From contig CM082592.2 of NCBI GenBank assembly GCA_040954595.2, positions 248,001-312,000 of the forward strand: a DNA stretch of 64,000 nt. Direction: 5' to 3'. Both the position numbers and the translations under genes were made by a program. The notes under the pieces are model-generated. The model saw only the letters and a program-made list of their open reading frames with translations, was not told the origin of the DNA and did no database searches. Shown here one piece after another: positions 1 to 11,833 of this stretch. Every line of letters starts with the position of its first letter. Within the stretch, counting starts at the first letter, position 1. Source of the stretch: Balanoglossus misakiensis. Taxonomy: Eukaryota; Animalia; Hemichordata.

Positions 1-141
1 CATATAAAGAAAAAGTCAAGTTAAGATATTAAAGCCGAATGGTAAACAGAATACAAAGGGTTTACAGCATTAGTCCTGTATTGATACAGAAAGCAAATAT
101 GACAATGAACAGTTGACCAACATTGAACATTTTTTGACTGG

Positions 142-161
142 CTCTCTCTCTCTCTCTCTCT
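142..161. repeat. (CT)n microsatellite
   Basis: Direct run ctctctct... Confidence 0.9.
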
Positions 162-227
162 ATAAACTTGGACGGTCATTTTTCCAGAATGTACTGGATA
201 TAGGCATGATTTACTAGTATTGTACAT

Positions 228-509
228 TTATTCATCCATCCATCCATTCATTCATACATACATACATACATACATACATACATACATACATACATACATA
301 CATACATACATACATACATACATACATACATTTATTCATTCATTCATTCACTCGTTCATTCATTCATTTATTTATATATTTATTTGTGTCGTTGTATGTT
401 TGCATGTACCCGTGTGTGTGTGTGTCTGTATGTATGTATGCATGTATGTATGTATGTATGTATGTATGTATGTATGTATGTATGTATGTATGTATGTATG
501 TATGTATGT

Positions 510-565
<56 letters not shown>

Positions 566-646
566 ATGTATGTATGTCTGTCTGTCTGTCTGTCTGTATG
601 TCTGTCTGTCTGTCTGTATGTATGTATGTATGTATGTATGTATGTA
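228..646. repeat. Compound microsatellite: (CATC)n/(CATT)n, (CATA)n, (GT)n, (TATG)n, (TA)n, (GTCT)n
   Basis: Seen directly. The (CATA)n tract and the later (TATG)n tract are reverse complements. It explains the HTYI/MYVC pseudo-ORFs. Confidence 0.95.
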
Positions 647-647
647 T

Positions 648-1872
648 ATTTTCAAAATTGTTGGATGTCTCGGAGTACTCTCTGTGTTGTGTTTTCAAAT
701 TCCTATTCGAATTGTCGACATTTTTGGGTGTCTGTGACTACTCTCTCGTCACATTCTGGCCTCTGTGTTTGCTGTAGTTGTGTTTTCGAATTCTTATTCG
801 AATTGTCGACATTTTTGGGTGTCTGTGACTACTCTCTCGTCACATTCTGGCCTCTGTGTTTGCTGTAGTTGTGTTTTCGAATTCTTATTCGAATTGTCGA
901 CATTTTTGGGTGTCTGTGGCTACTCTCTCGTCACATTCTGGCCTCTGTGTTTGCCGTGGTTGTGTTTTCGAATTCATATTCGAATTGTCGACATTTTTGG
1001 GTGTCTGTGACTACTCTCTCGTCACATTCTGGCCTCTGTGTTTGCTGTAGTTGTGTTTTCGAATTCTTATTCGAATTGTCGACATTTTTGGGTGTCTGTG
1101 ACTACTCTCTCGTCACATTCTGGCCTCTGTGTTTGCTGTAGTTGTGTTTTCGAATTCTTATTCGAATTGTCGACATTTTTGGGTGTCTGTGGCTACTCTC
1201 TCGTCACATTCTGGCCTCTGTGTTTGCCGTGGTTGTGTTTTCGAATTCATATTCGAATTGTCGACATTTTTGGGTGTCTGTGACTACTCTCTCGTCACAT
1301 TCTGGCCTCTGTGTTTGCCGTGGTTGTTTTTTCGAATTCTTATTCGAATTGTCAACATTTTTGGCTGTCTGTGACTACTCTCTCGTCACATTTCGGCCTC
1401 TGTGTTTGCCGTGGTTGTGTTTTCGAATTTTTATTCGAATTGTCAACATTTTTGGGTGTCTGTGACTACTCTCTCGTCACATTTTGGCCTCTGTGTTTGC
1501 CGTGGTTGTGTTTTCGAATTCATATTCGAATTGTCAACATTTTTGGGTGTCTGTGACTACATCTCGTCACATTTTGGCCTCTGTGTTTGCCGTGGTTGTG
1601 TTTTCGAATTCTTATTCGAATTGTCGACATTTTTGGGTGTCTGTGACTACATCTCGTCACATTTTGGCCTCTGTGTTTGCCGTAGTTGTGTTTTCGAATT
1701 CATATTCGAATTGTCAACATTTTTGGGTGTCTGTGACTACTCTCTCGTCACATTCTGGCCTCTGTGTTTGCCGTGGTTGTGTTTTCGAATTCATATTCGA
1801 ATTGTCGACATTTTTGGGTGTCTGTGACTACTCTCTCATCACATTCTGGCCTCTGTGTTTGCCGTGGTTGTG
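648..1872. repeat. 91-bp tandem repeat, about 13 copies
   Basis: Unit gttgtgttttcgaattcttattcgaattgtcgacatttttgggtgtctgtgactactctctcgtcacattctggcctctgtgtttgc(t/c)gt(a/g) recurs every 91 bp (778, 869, 960...). Two 90-bp variants lie near 1560-1650. Confidence 0.95.
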
Positions 1873-2379
1873 TTCTTTCCGCGCCTAGGATGTTTTTGGT
1901 CATCTGATGAAGCTGGTTCTCTACAAGATCCCAAGAATCCCAAGATTGCAGTCCGTCTTCAAGCAATTTATGTTTTTGCGCGCGCGCGTGCGTCTGTCGC
2001 TTGCTCCGTTGTACTTTCCCATATTATAAATAAAGAATACGGTATGTATGTGTGTGCATTTTAACATTTTTAGGATTTTATTATCTGTCTGTGTTCTTTT
2101 TCCTATGTTTTTAGGTATGTCTTTAATGAATTTTTCCAATGGCTATAACAGATGAGAAGGTTTCAATTGCAATATGTTTTATAATACCATAGTTTAGCAT
2201 GACTAACTTAATTTCATGATGAGAAAAATATTTCAATAAATACTTCAAGTCCACTAAAACATGCAATAGATCCTTCAAGTCCAGTGTAGTTTCCTGGGAT
2301 CAGTTCATTAGTTGGGGTTTTTTTGTTTGCGTAGTATTCAACAGTTAGATATGTTGGTATATCTATTTTATGGTCACGT

Positions 2380-2476
2380 CTTGCCCACTGAGTCTGTCGA
2401 TAATCAATAGATTTTCCCCACATTGCTAGCGAGTCCCACACAACGACGGCCCCAATCAACAGACTCAGTGCACAAG
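2380..2476. repeat. Small inverted-repeat element (possible MITE remnant)
   Basis: cttgcccactgagtctgtcgat (2380-2401) matches the reverse complement of 2455-2476 (cttgtgcactgagtctgttgat) at 19/22 positions. No target-site duplication (TSD) identified. Confidence 0.45.
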
Positions 2477-2479
2477 TAG

Positions 2480-4030
2480 GTTCTTTAATATTACCTTAAT
2501 GATTTTGCCTTTACTTGACATAATTAAGTATTTTCATATCACACTTTTAATGCATTTGCATCGTTGCATGTATATGCATTGTGTGATTACTAGGTTTATA
2601 GTGCTTTGATTTTTGATGAATTTTTTTCTTTTTAAATACATAAATAATGTGTTTGCAGTAGCCATATAGGCATAATTGTTTTTTTTTGGCGGGGGGGGGG
2701 ATATATTGGTGAATTTGCTCTTAAATTGAATAGCATTGAGCCTATGCAACATGGCTTACAGGCAACACATTATTTAAACTTTGTGGACAATAAAAAACTT
2801 CACATTGTGGAGTTTTCTTTATTTTATACACTTTTAGTTTTGAGTTATTTAAACGCACATCTTTAGCCTTTTTCCTCAATGTTCGAGGGTCTTTAATGAA
2901 CTTTTTTCCAATGGCTGTATCAGACGAGGTAATTTGCTTTGGCTTGACATTGCCAAGTATTTATGCATCGTCTGAGTGTTTGCAGTCCTTTGATTTTATT
3001 GATGAAAATTTCCTTTATAAGAACATAAATAATGTGTTTGCAGAAGCCATGTATTCATAATTGTTTTGTTTTGATTGTATTTTTTTTTGGGGGGGGGGGC
3101 AGTAAATTCGCTAAATAATTGAATGGCATGGAGATCATGCATCGTGGCTTACAGTCAACACATTATTTACAATGATATACTTCTGTTTAAGAAGTTTTAT
3201 ACACATTCAGTTTTCAGTTATTTTACATTTTAACATTCCTCTTTTTCCTCAATTTAAGAGGGTCTTTCACATTTTCAAGTGACTTTATCAGATAAGATTT
3301 TAATTTGCTAAATAATGTGTTTGCAGAAGCCATAAATTCATAATTGTTTTGTTTGTATTTCGGGGGGAGGGTAGTAAATCAGTAAATTTGCTCATAAATT
3401 GAATGGCATGGAGATCATGCATCATGGCTTACAGGCAACACATTATTTACAATGATATACTTCTTTTCAAGAAGTTTTCTCTATTTTATACACATTTAGT
3501 TTTCAGTTATTTTACATTTGAACATTCTTTTTTTCCTTAATTTAAGAGGGTCTTTCACATTTTCAAGTGACTTTATCAGATAAGATTTTAATTTGCTAAA
3601 TAATGTGTTTGCAGAAGCCATATATTCATAATTGTTATGTTTGTATTTCGGGGGGAGGGTAGTAAATCAGTAAAAATGCTCATAAATTGAATGGCATGGA
3701 GATCATGCATCATGGCTTACAGGCAACACATTATTTACAATGATATACTTCTTTTTAAGAAGTTTTATACACATTCAGTTTTCAGTTATTTTACATTTTA
3801 ACATTCCTCTTTTTCCTCAATTTAAGAGGGTCTTTCACATTTTCAAGTGACTTTATCAGATAAGATTTTAATTTGCTAAATAATGAGTTTGCAGAAGCCA
3901 TATATTCATAATTGTTTTGTTTTGTTTGTATTTCGGGGGGAGGGTAGTAAATCAGTAAATTCGCTCATAAATTGAATGGCATGGAGATCATGCATCATGG
4001 CTTACAGGCAACACATTATTTACACTTTTC
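2480..4030. repeat. Degenerate ~285-bp AT-rich tandem repeat, about 4-5 copies
   Basis: Anchor aaataatg(t/a)gtttgcag recurs at ~2642, 3027, 3309, 3598 and 3878. The motif gcatcatggcttacaggcaacacattattt recurs with the same period. Confidence 0.85.
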
Positions 4031-5451
4031 TGACAGTAAAATACTTTCAATTTGCTTTTGAAGATTTCAACATTCATCTACATTTTCCCCCCAATTTTGG
4101 GGGATCATCAATGAAGTCTTCGCAGTGGCTGTAACTGATGAGGTTTCCTGCGTATATCTCTTCAAGTCCAGCACAGTTTCATTTTTTCACAGGAGCCATC
4201 CCAAGGAGAAAGGGGTCTTTATAAGGGTGGGGGATATTTATGACTATATGACCCGTTTCTGTTTGGGATCGCCCCCAGTACATTAGTCACTTTAGACTCA
4301 ACTGTGTGCAGTGTTCAATAGTATGACTTTATTCTTTTTGTATTTTAATATGAAATTTAAGATTTTACGTTCACGTGACATTGTTTGAGATTTATTCTCA
4401 TAGACATTAAGGTCCACTATGTGTTACATTTGACAAATTTTTCAGTACGTAATTTTGGTCTATTTATGCACCACGATTTCTGGTATGCATAATCAGCATT
4501 GTTATTGTTAACAATTGTATTCAAGTCAATTGAATGCATTTGTCAATATTAACAATTCTGTACCAAAAATTACAGGTAGTTGCCCTTTAATTGTAAATGC
4601 TACATTTAGAACAGTGTAACACCAAACCTATTATGATTTATTGAGAACACTTTATTCATTCAGAGATGAAATATTAATTTTTGTCAGTTTTAGTTTAGAC
4701 CTACAATACCAAATTTTGCTTGGTATTGTTAAACTTCCAACATTTTCTTTCTGTGAACCTGCTATTTTAGCATCTTAACTTGAAAGTAGGGTTTTCAAAG
4801 AGGCATGAATTTAGAAATATAATTTTTTGTAAAGTTGGTGAATTACCTACGCTTTCCCAGAGTTTTTTCCCCTTATCCTGAAAAAAGGGTTTTATCTCTG
4901 GGTTTTGGTGCGGGGTAAATTTTCAGTTTATATATCATTCAAGTTTAGAATAAAGTACATGAGCCGCTTCTCATGTAAAATTGACATGTATTGTGTGTGT
5001 GTATGCTTTTGGATGTGGTAGCCTGCAGGCCAGGTGGCATGGCCATGGTGACTACATGTGGAGTGGGTTGGGTCTTTGTATGTATGTGTTGAGAGTTAGG
5101 GGATTGTGTGTGTCAGTCAACAGTACGTGTAGAGAAGGTATACGGTCACCTATGGAAATTTAGCTACAGTTACCACGTTAACTTGAGATCTAGCCAATCA
5201 CGGATTTTCAGTGGGTGGCACATGCGAAAAAAAGAGCGCCGCCATATGTTATTTAGAACCCGCAAATACTCTATTTCAGCCATATATGGGTGTATGTAAA
5301 TTGGCGGTGACTGTATATCTTTAACTTGAAAATGGTAGCTTCTATCACAGTGATAGTTGATGTGTAGATGTGATGTGGTGGTAGAATGTGAACTTGTTGA
5401 CATGAAATTGTGAATCAAAATGGAGACCTAAAAGATGGGGAAATACATTAA

Positions 5452-5756
5452 AGCCTCTATAGCTGCCACTTTTTGCATTATTTTCACAATTTTATTTTAC
5501 TGAGGTATATGTGAACACTTTACCGATGCCCGATTATGGCTGTATGTAGCGATTTGAAAATGCTATGTATTAAAACAGTTTAATCAGCCTCCATACAAAC
5601 AGTACGCAGCTATCGTGGTATGCATCACCAAGAGATGACAAACTGATGCAAATGCAAGTAATATGGCTTAATGGTGAGGATTTTAGAGGATAGGGAATAT
5701 ATTTGAAGTGTTTTACTGTGGAAGAAAATCCGTGAAATTTGGCAGCTCTAGGGGCT
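5452..5756. mobile_element. Non-autonomous Kolobok-like DNA transposon (MITE)
   Basis: TTAA at 5448-5451 and 5757-5760 flanks terminal inverted repeats (TIRs) AGCCTCTATAGCTGCCA / TGGCAGCTCTAGGGGCT. A TTAA TSD with a TIR starting RR is the Kolobok signature. Confidence 0.75.
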
Positions 5757-6354
5757 TTAAGCGGTTACCATCGACGCCAAGAAATGCTGAAAATCGCCCC
5801 TGATTTGCGTCTCTCTGGGGAATTTACGCCATAAATCGGTAGGATACATATTCATGGTGGAATTTGTATGCATTGTGAAGGATTTTGTGGTCGAAAACTT
5901 CGGAAAATCATGCATTCTCGGGAGCGTGTGTCCGCGTGTTGCCTCCTTCAGAGTCAATTACACAATGAACGCCGCCATTTGGCTACCCCTATTTATAGGG
6001 GTATAAATAAGGGTAGCAACAACAATCCTGGATATAACAACAGGATATAACAACAGGTGAAACAAACTGAACGCAGTTGTTGATAACATGCAGATTGAGC
6101 TGTCTCAAATCTTAGGGAGCATTCGTTTTTTACAGGGAGGGGGGGGGGGGCGGTGGAATTTGAGTCGCCGACTAAATGTAAAAGGCAACCCCCCCCCTCG
6201 AAATTACTTTTCTAAAATGTGTCCCCCCCCTAAATTCTTCAATTGTAAAATGTGACCCCCCCCCCCAAAAAAAAGTTTATCCACCGGATTAAACTTATCA
6301 AACTTTGTCAGATATTGGTGTATGTTCGACATACCACATAATCAACCATGAAAC

Positions 6355-7510
6355 CTAGTCTACATAGTTCCTTGATTTCCAAGTAGTGCATTGTCTGCCT
6401 GATCTTGTTAGGCTGCATTCAAAAACGCCTCTGGAGGGGGGGGGGGACGGGAGAATTCAATTTTTTTTACCGCTAATTTTCACATGCCCCCCGTACACAA
6501 CCCGAAATATTTTCAAATCCCCCCTTCCGAACTGCCAAAATTTTGAAATCCCCCCCCACCCATTTTCTTTCACAGAGCAAAACACATCACCTATCTATCT
6601 TGTAGAAAAAAGAAAAAAACAGCGCTCCCATGAAAAGAATTTGAAACTGATGTACCCCCTCACTGAACATTGTTTTTATTTTTAAGTATTTGTATTCTGT
6701 GTTGGGAGACATTGTAAACCGAGAATTGAAGGGAGTGGGATTGGGAGGGGGTATCCCCCTCCCACGTAAGAAAATTTTATAAAATACAGAGCTCAAAGCT
6801 GCATTTTAATGAACCCGGCAAAAGCAAATTAACTCAACTACCGGTATGTTGGGGAGGAGAAATTTAACCGTCGCCGCTCAAAGTTATCATGGGGTGGGGC
6901 AAATCCCCTGACCCGTGACACTAGATAAACCAGTCAATGATTGAAAGGTGCTGATGAATGGAGGGGGTGGGTAAAATAAAGGGCGCGAAACTGCATTTTT
7001 ATGGACTCAAAATAAATATTTTGTCGTCAAAGTTTTCAAGTCCCCCCCTTTCAGTCCCTAAATTATTTCAAATCCCCCCTTACATACCCTCAATTTTTTC
7101 AAATCCCCCCTCAATTCTCCTGCCCCCCCCCCCTCCAGAGGTGTTTGTGAATGCAGCCTTACGTGAAAGAGTTCATTTTCAATGTCGCCGCTATCACTTT
7201 CTGAGTCACTTTCCTCTGAATCACCTAGTTCACCTATCACTTCATGCTCATCTTCTGGTTCACTGTCCTCATCCAAGTCATCCTCTTCATCCTCCTGCTC
7301 ATCCTCCTCTTTGTCCCTCTCATGGTTTACTCTGAGACTTTCCAGAGTTGTTTGACACAGTTTCCGGCCAATGTGCGCTTCAACTATTTTCAGTTTGTCT
7401 TTTTTTCAGCATCTTTTTCTCTGTTGTCAATTTATGTATGTTCATGTACATGTCTAGGTCAGAAACTTTCAGCTCACATAGTTCACTGTTTCTGTATATT
7501 GCCATGATAC
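6355..7510 (-). pseudogene. Disrupted coding fragment inside the Harbinger-like element: SAP-like helix, acidic tract and TRSGR tail
   Basis: Removing one A at ~7400 and excising the nested MITE (keeping one TTA) gives one frame: IYRNSELCELKVSDLDMYMNIHKLTTEKKMLKKDKLKIVEAHIGRKLCQTTLESLRVNHERDKEEDEQEDEEDDLDEDSEPED...DIENELFHVTRSGRQCTTWKSRNYVD*. The SAP call is inferred from the LKVxDLxxYxxxHxL pattern. Confidence 0.55.
6411..7158. mobile_element. PIF/Harbinger-like MITE nested inside the outer element
   Basis: TIR GGCTGCATTCAAAAACGCCTCTGGAG(G)n versus (C)nTCCAGAGGTGTTTGTGAATGCAGCC. TTA TSD at 6408-6410 and 7159-7161. Confidence 0.85.
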
Positions 7511-8608
7511 AGCCTGAAAATGTTATTTTTGTGATCAAAAGTGTACTTGTTGTCACCTGATCACACAGAATAAAGACATGTTCGTATTCTATTTTATATA
7601 CTTTACGGTCAATTCTGTTGTTTTTTGCTATAATTCCATACAAATCTGTTGTAAAAATTGTCCCCCCCCCCAAACCATTGATTATAAAATTTGTCCCCCC
7701 CTAAAAACTGCTTTGTAAAAGTAAACCCCCCCCCTGATTTCCACCGCCCCCCCTCCCTGTAAAAAACGAATGCTCCCTTACCAATCATAAACAGCCTTCC
7801 AAGACTGCGTAGCGCTCTTGTAAAGTTATTTTTGATTGTTCAAATTCTTTACCATGTCACTGCTGGCATACAACAATTCATATGACCCAGCAACTTTGTA
7901 TTGATGCACTGACATCAATGATATGCCTTCCAAAGCGCCACACATAGTGTAATTACACATGTTTCATGCTACTGACACGCTCTACCTTTTACCAGGTTCA
8001 TACACGAAAAAAATTGAAACGCTATTTGCCTATGGTAAACACAGAGCATTAATCGTTTGAGTCGCCTTGTGTTCACACACACAAAGTTTATGTATATGCG
8101 CTGAGGCTCAGTCCCAAAGACAATGGATTGCAGAGAGGTTTTAATCCTTACACCGGATCAGGTCTGACGGGCAAAGCCGTCTCAAATCTAAGCCGTTTCA
8201 GAACCACTATACACCGTCCACACATGTTTTTTTAAGACAGTATGTGATCTGAGACGTTTCAGAACCGTCTTAATGGTGTGTGTGACCCCCATATTAGACA
8301 ACTTAGACAATATTATCCGAAAATAAATATTAGACAAAATCATCCGATAATAAATATTAGCTCAGTCTATGTCCTGGCGCATTTCATCAGGACAATAAAA
8401 TACATAACAAAAGCCCTCACTACGCACCCACTCGACTTTTTGCCGGTAAAGCAACTTTTACATGCAGGAGAATTCCACTGGATGAAAATCTGTAACATTT
8501 AGCTTTATTTTCAGTATTTTAATTTTGTGTAAAAATTGCAATTTCTTGTTTTACTCCAAACATCACTTTAATATACATGTAGTACCAAATACTCAAATCA
8601 TTAACATT

Positions 8609-8832
8609 GCCTGTGTATGTGTAACGGCCATTGTTATCACTGTTGACAAATGAATTCTAGTTCGGACATGAATTTAAATTTTACACAATAATAATACTGA
8701 ATATGCACATACATGAAGTGTTGATAAGCTAAACTCTGGATATTTTGTCATGTTTCTGGAGTTTATACTAGAAACCGCAGCAGATACACAGAGCAATATT
8801 ACTGAAAACATAGTGAAAAGTTGGAGCTAATG
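8609..8832 (+). repeat. Dispersed repeat, similar to ~13800-13975
   Basis: Shared colinear blocks tgtgtaacggc, aaatgaattctagt, aatactga and tactgaaaaca(t/a)agtgaaaagtt. Confidence 0.6.
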
Positions 8833-9465
8833 GAGCAGACAGCGTATTGTTCAGTGCTTGCGTGCCTTTGACTAAGATTATTATTATGTAAATATCACCA
8901 ACATGTTTTTCATGAATTTCTAGAAATATAGAAATAAATACACTTGACTTATTTTGTCATTTTTTCCTTGCAAACTCCATTGTCATTGAATGTACGTACA
9001 TGCGTAAACACACCACTGCTTTAAAACAAAAAGGTGATGGGTTTCGTATTTATTGCGTTGTATTCAATTGAACGGACATTTTTTTGGGTGGGGGCGGGGA
9101 GGTTCATTATTTCACAGCTTTCCCGAATAGACTTCTTAGTGCGCCCTCTTGTGGTGACGTGTCTTCTGATAATCGGCCAGATAAAACAAATCATTGAAGT
9201 GTACCATCACTCTCGTCACAAAGAAACAAAATCCGCCATCGTTCCCGTTTTTAGATAAACATTCACTGTTTCGCCCTTTGGTGAAACACGTTAGGAAAAT
9301 GTATTTTGAGAATAGTATTTCCCTTTCGACATTGATACATTTTGCCAACTGATTGGACCGAGTAAATTGTTTGAAACGTAGGGCCCTATGGAGTGTTCGG
9401 ATTTTAACTTCCTTCAGACCCAAGCCCCAGAGAGGAAGAAAAGCGCACGTTCTCATGTATGACAC

Positions 9466-9924
9466 TATAATATACCTCATGCTAATACTGTGTTGCGATT
9501 CGCCAGAATCGGTCTCGTGATAGGAAAATAGAATCGACTATGAACCGCTAGGGAAATAGCAGAAAAAATATAAACCGGTCACGTGACCAGCGTGAGTGCG
9601 CAGACTCGGTTACGTCAATCAGCGTCGCGTCGTCTGACACAATGGCCACCGCGGAAGATGTCGTCTGCCAACCTCAAGAGAAAATCGCAAGATTTTCCCA
9701 GCTGTTAGCATGAGGTTTATTATAAAACACCTATAGCCTGGCCTATATTCGGGCCATAGCAGCCGTTTTTACCCCCTCGTAACTGTGAGTTACCAGAATC
9801 ATATGCTATTTCCCTCGGCCTGCGGCCTCGGGAAATAGCATGTGATTCTGGTAACTCACAGCCCCTCGGGTGTAATAAACGGCCGCTATGGCCCTCATGA
9901 CAAGGCAATAGGTATTCATTATAA
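9466..9924. mobile_element. Double-inverted-repeat non-autonomous element (possibly Crypton-like)
   Basis: First IR: tataatatacctcatgctaa (9466-9485) / ttagcatgaggtttattata (9705-9724). It is followed directly by a ~200-bp imperfect palindrome (9720-9924) centred on cctcggcctgcggcctcgg. Modules are bounded by (T)TATAA. The family call is inference. Confidence 0.55.
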
Positions 9925-10834
9925 CACTGTCCACTTTTTATCACCCGTGGGAAGGTTAGGCCTACATCAGCCACGTTGAGCAAGTCGGATATCCAAAGAC
10001 CAGACAAGCCGCATATAACAACAGCATTGCTTTACTTTTTTCAAGCTAGGCCACCACCCTATATGCAGTAAAACAGGCATAGGCAGTAACATTCTCTATC
10101 AATCGATTACTCAGATTTTACAGAGGAAAAAACGTTCACAAAAACAAATAAAAATCAACTTGAATTTGTATTTCCAACTTCTTGCACCACGCAAACATAG
10201 CCCGACCCATATGAAAACGAAATGTGTTTATTTTATGAGGCCCAATTATTTATGCCTAAATTGTTCATGATGTACGCTATAAGCTACAAGCGATGGAAGT
10301 TCACTTCAAACCGACCGCCATAATATGACGTACGGCAAGGAAATACCGCCCCAACGCTACGTAAAAAGTATCAGTTATACTAGTACTTTGTTTATTCACA
10401 GTTTCGAGTACCACGGGTTTAACGGTTTTGGACAGCGTAATCTTTTCCGACTCGCTTCCAAATAAACTGATAAACTAAATCCAAGAGTTCGTGTCGACCT
10501 GAAAATTTCCGGACCCGGTGAAGAAAAAAGATGGAAACTTTTTTAAGATAAAAAAGGTGGACTGCGGAGGTCTTTCACGAAACTTAGACTCTTATCACAG
10601 GGCGCGGCTAGTGATATTTTGCGAAACAGTGAAACGGCGAAACAGCTTTAATAAAGTAGTCAGAAAAATTAATCTACTGACGTAATATTCCCTTGGAATG
10701 CACGATTTTTGTGGGGGGGGGGAGATCGTGAAATTGCCGGGAATTGCCGGGGATCGCCCACTTGAAACATCAGCATGGGTCGATTATGTTAGATCTCAAT
10801 GTTAGTGTTCTAAGCTCGCTGTGGTTTTCCTGGG

Positions 10835-11038
10835 CCCAGTGATTTATTCAGGGATTTGATACAAAAAGTTGTCGGTCAGCCATTTTTCTTCTTCTGCCTT
10901 TCTCTTACCCTTACTAAGCTTGAGTGTTCCGGTTTGAATCATATCGGTAAGAGAAAGACAGAAGAGCTGACATACAACAAACTTATTCAGTTTCTATCAT
11001 ATAAATATTTCTCCACTTTCTCTGAATAAATCGCTGTG
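10835..11038. mobile_element. 204-bp MITE with RSS-heptamer-like TIRs and 5-bp TSD (Transib/RAG-like)
   Basis: Left end CCCAGTGATTTATTCAGGGA; right end reverse complement CACAGCGATTTATTCAGAGA (17/20). CTGGG is duplicated at 10830-10834 and 11039-11043. Internal hairpin ttctgcctttctcttacc / ggtaagagaaagacagaa. Confidence 0.6.
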
Positions 11039-11189
11039 CTGGGACATGTTTTAAAAATCATGTAGGCCTACACTATTCATGCCAATAAACTGCTACATAT
11101 ACATATTCCGTTCCGTCTGTTCCGCAAATTTATAGTGTAAGTCGCGCGCACACACGACTCTACCACTAGTAGCCTACCAAGTGACCAGT

Positions 11190-11560
11190 GCAACTACTAC
11201 ACCAATCTCATAGAGGAAAATTCCAAAAATCAGAAATCTTTATTCCGGACAATTTCAACATTGTTCAGCAACTCAAGACAGCTTCCAAATCATACGTCAA
11301 CTACGGAACATTTAGATCGGTTCAACCAGTATTTTATTCAGAAAATTGATGACATACGTCACCACAAGATCACCACCAGTCAACCATCACATGTTCGTTT
11401 TGGAGTGCCACAGGGTTCAGTTCTTGGCCCACTATGGTAATGCATTACTGTATGGTCTACCAGAAAGCAGTCGGAACCTTCTACAACGCACACAAAATAC
11501 AGCTGCAAGAATCATATCTCGGTCCAGGAAGTCTGCCAATATAACGCCAGTGTTTTTAGT
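11190..11560 (+). mobile_element. Internally deleted L2-type LINE ORF2 fragment
   Basis: Juxtaposed ORF2 pieces: ..NQKSLFRTI..RFNQYFIQKIDDIR, then VRFGVPQGSVLGP (RT motif), then YGNALLYGLP..LQRTQNTAARII..ANITPV (L2-type C-terminal region). The YADD region is deleted. Confidence 0.8.
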
Positions 11561-11730
11561 AGTTTTATAATTTTATTGGTATTTCAAAAATGTTGTCCTG
11601 TTTTTGTTTTTTTTTGTCTTGGAAGTCCACAAACAGAATTTATTACATTTTCTCAGTGTGAATCTCATTAGAACGACTTGAAAGTCCACAACAAAACATG
11701 TTTTTCCACTGAAATGAGCAGGGTCTAGCA

Positions 11731-11833
11731 TGGCTGTGGAAACGCGGCTGCACCGTTGGAGGTTGGGATATACTGTTGTACCACCCCCACCCATATCCTA
11801 ACCCCCAATGGTGCAGCTGCGTTTACAAAGCTA
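11731..11833. mobile_element. 103-bp hairpin MITE with 9-bp TSD (superfamily unassigned)
   Basis: Arms of ~39 bp: gctgtggaaacgcggctgcaccgttggaggttgggatat / atatcctaacccccaatggtgcagctgcgtttacaaagc. GGTCTAGCA is duplicated at 11722-11730 and 11834-11842. Confidence 0.75.

Larger units (their letters stand above)
6115..7777. mobile_element. PIF/Harbinger-like non-autonomous DNA transposon (outer element)
   Basis: TIRs of ~45 bp, GGGAGCATTCGTTTTTTACAGGGAG(G)nCGGTGGAA at 6115 and its reverse complement ending at 7777. TTA TSD at 6112-6114 and 7778-7780. Confidence 0.85.

Noticed and set aside
648-1872. CRISPR-like look of the palindromic 91-bp repeat (also the 81-bp monomers)
   Set aside because: There are no unique spacers and no cas genes, and the context is eukaryotic.
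220-1888. Many overlapping ORFs (HTYI/MYVC and MFAVVVFSN... repeats)
   Set aside because: They are translations of microsatellites and of the 91-bp repeat, whose period is not a multiple of 3.
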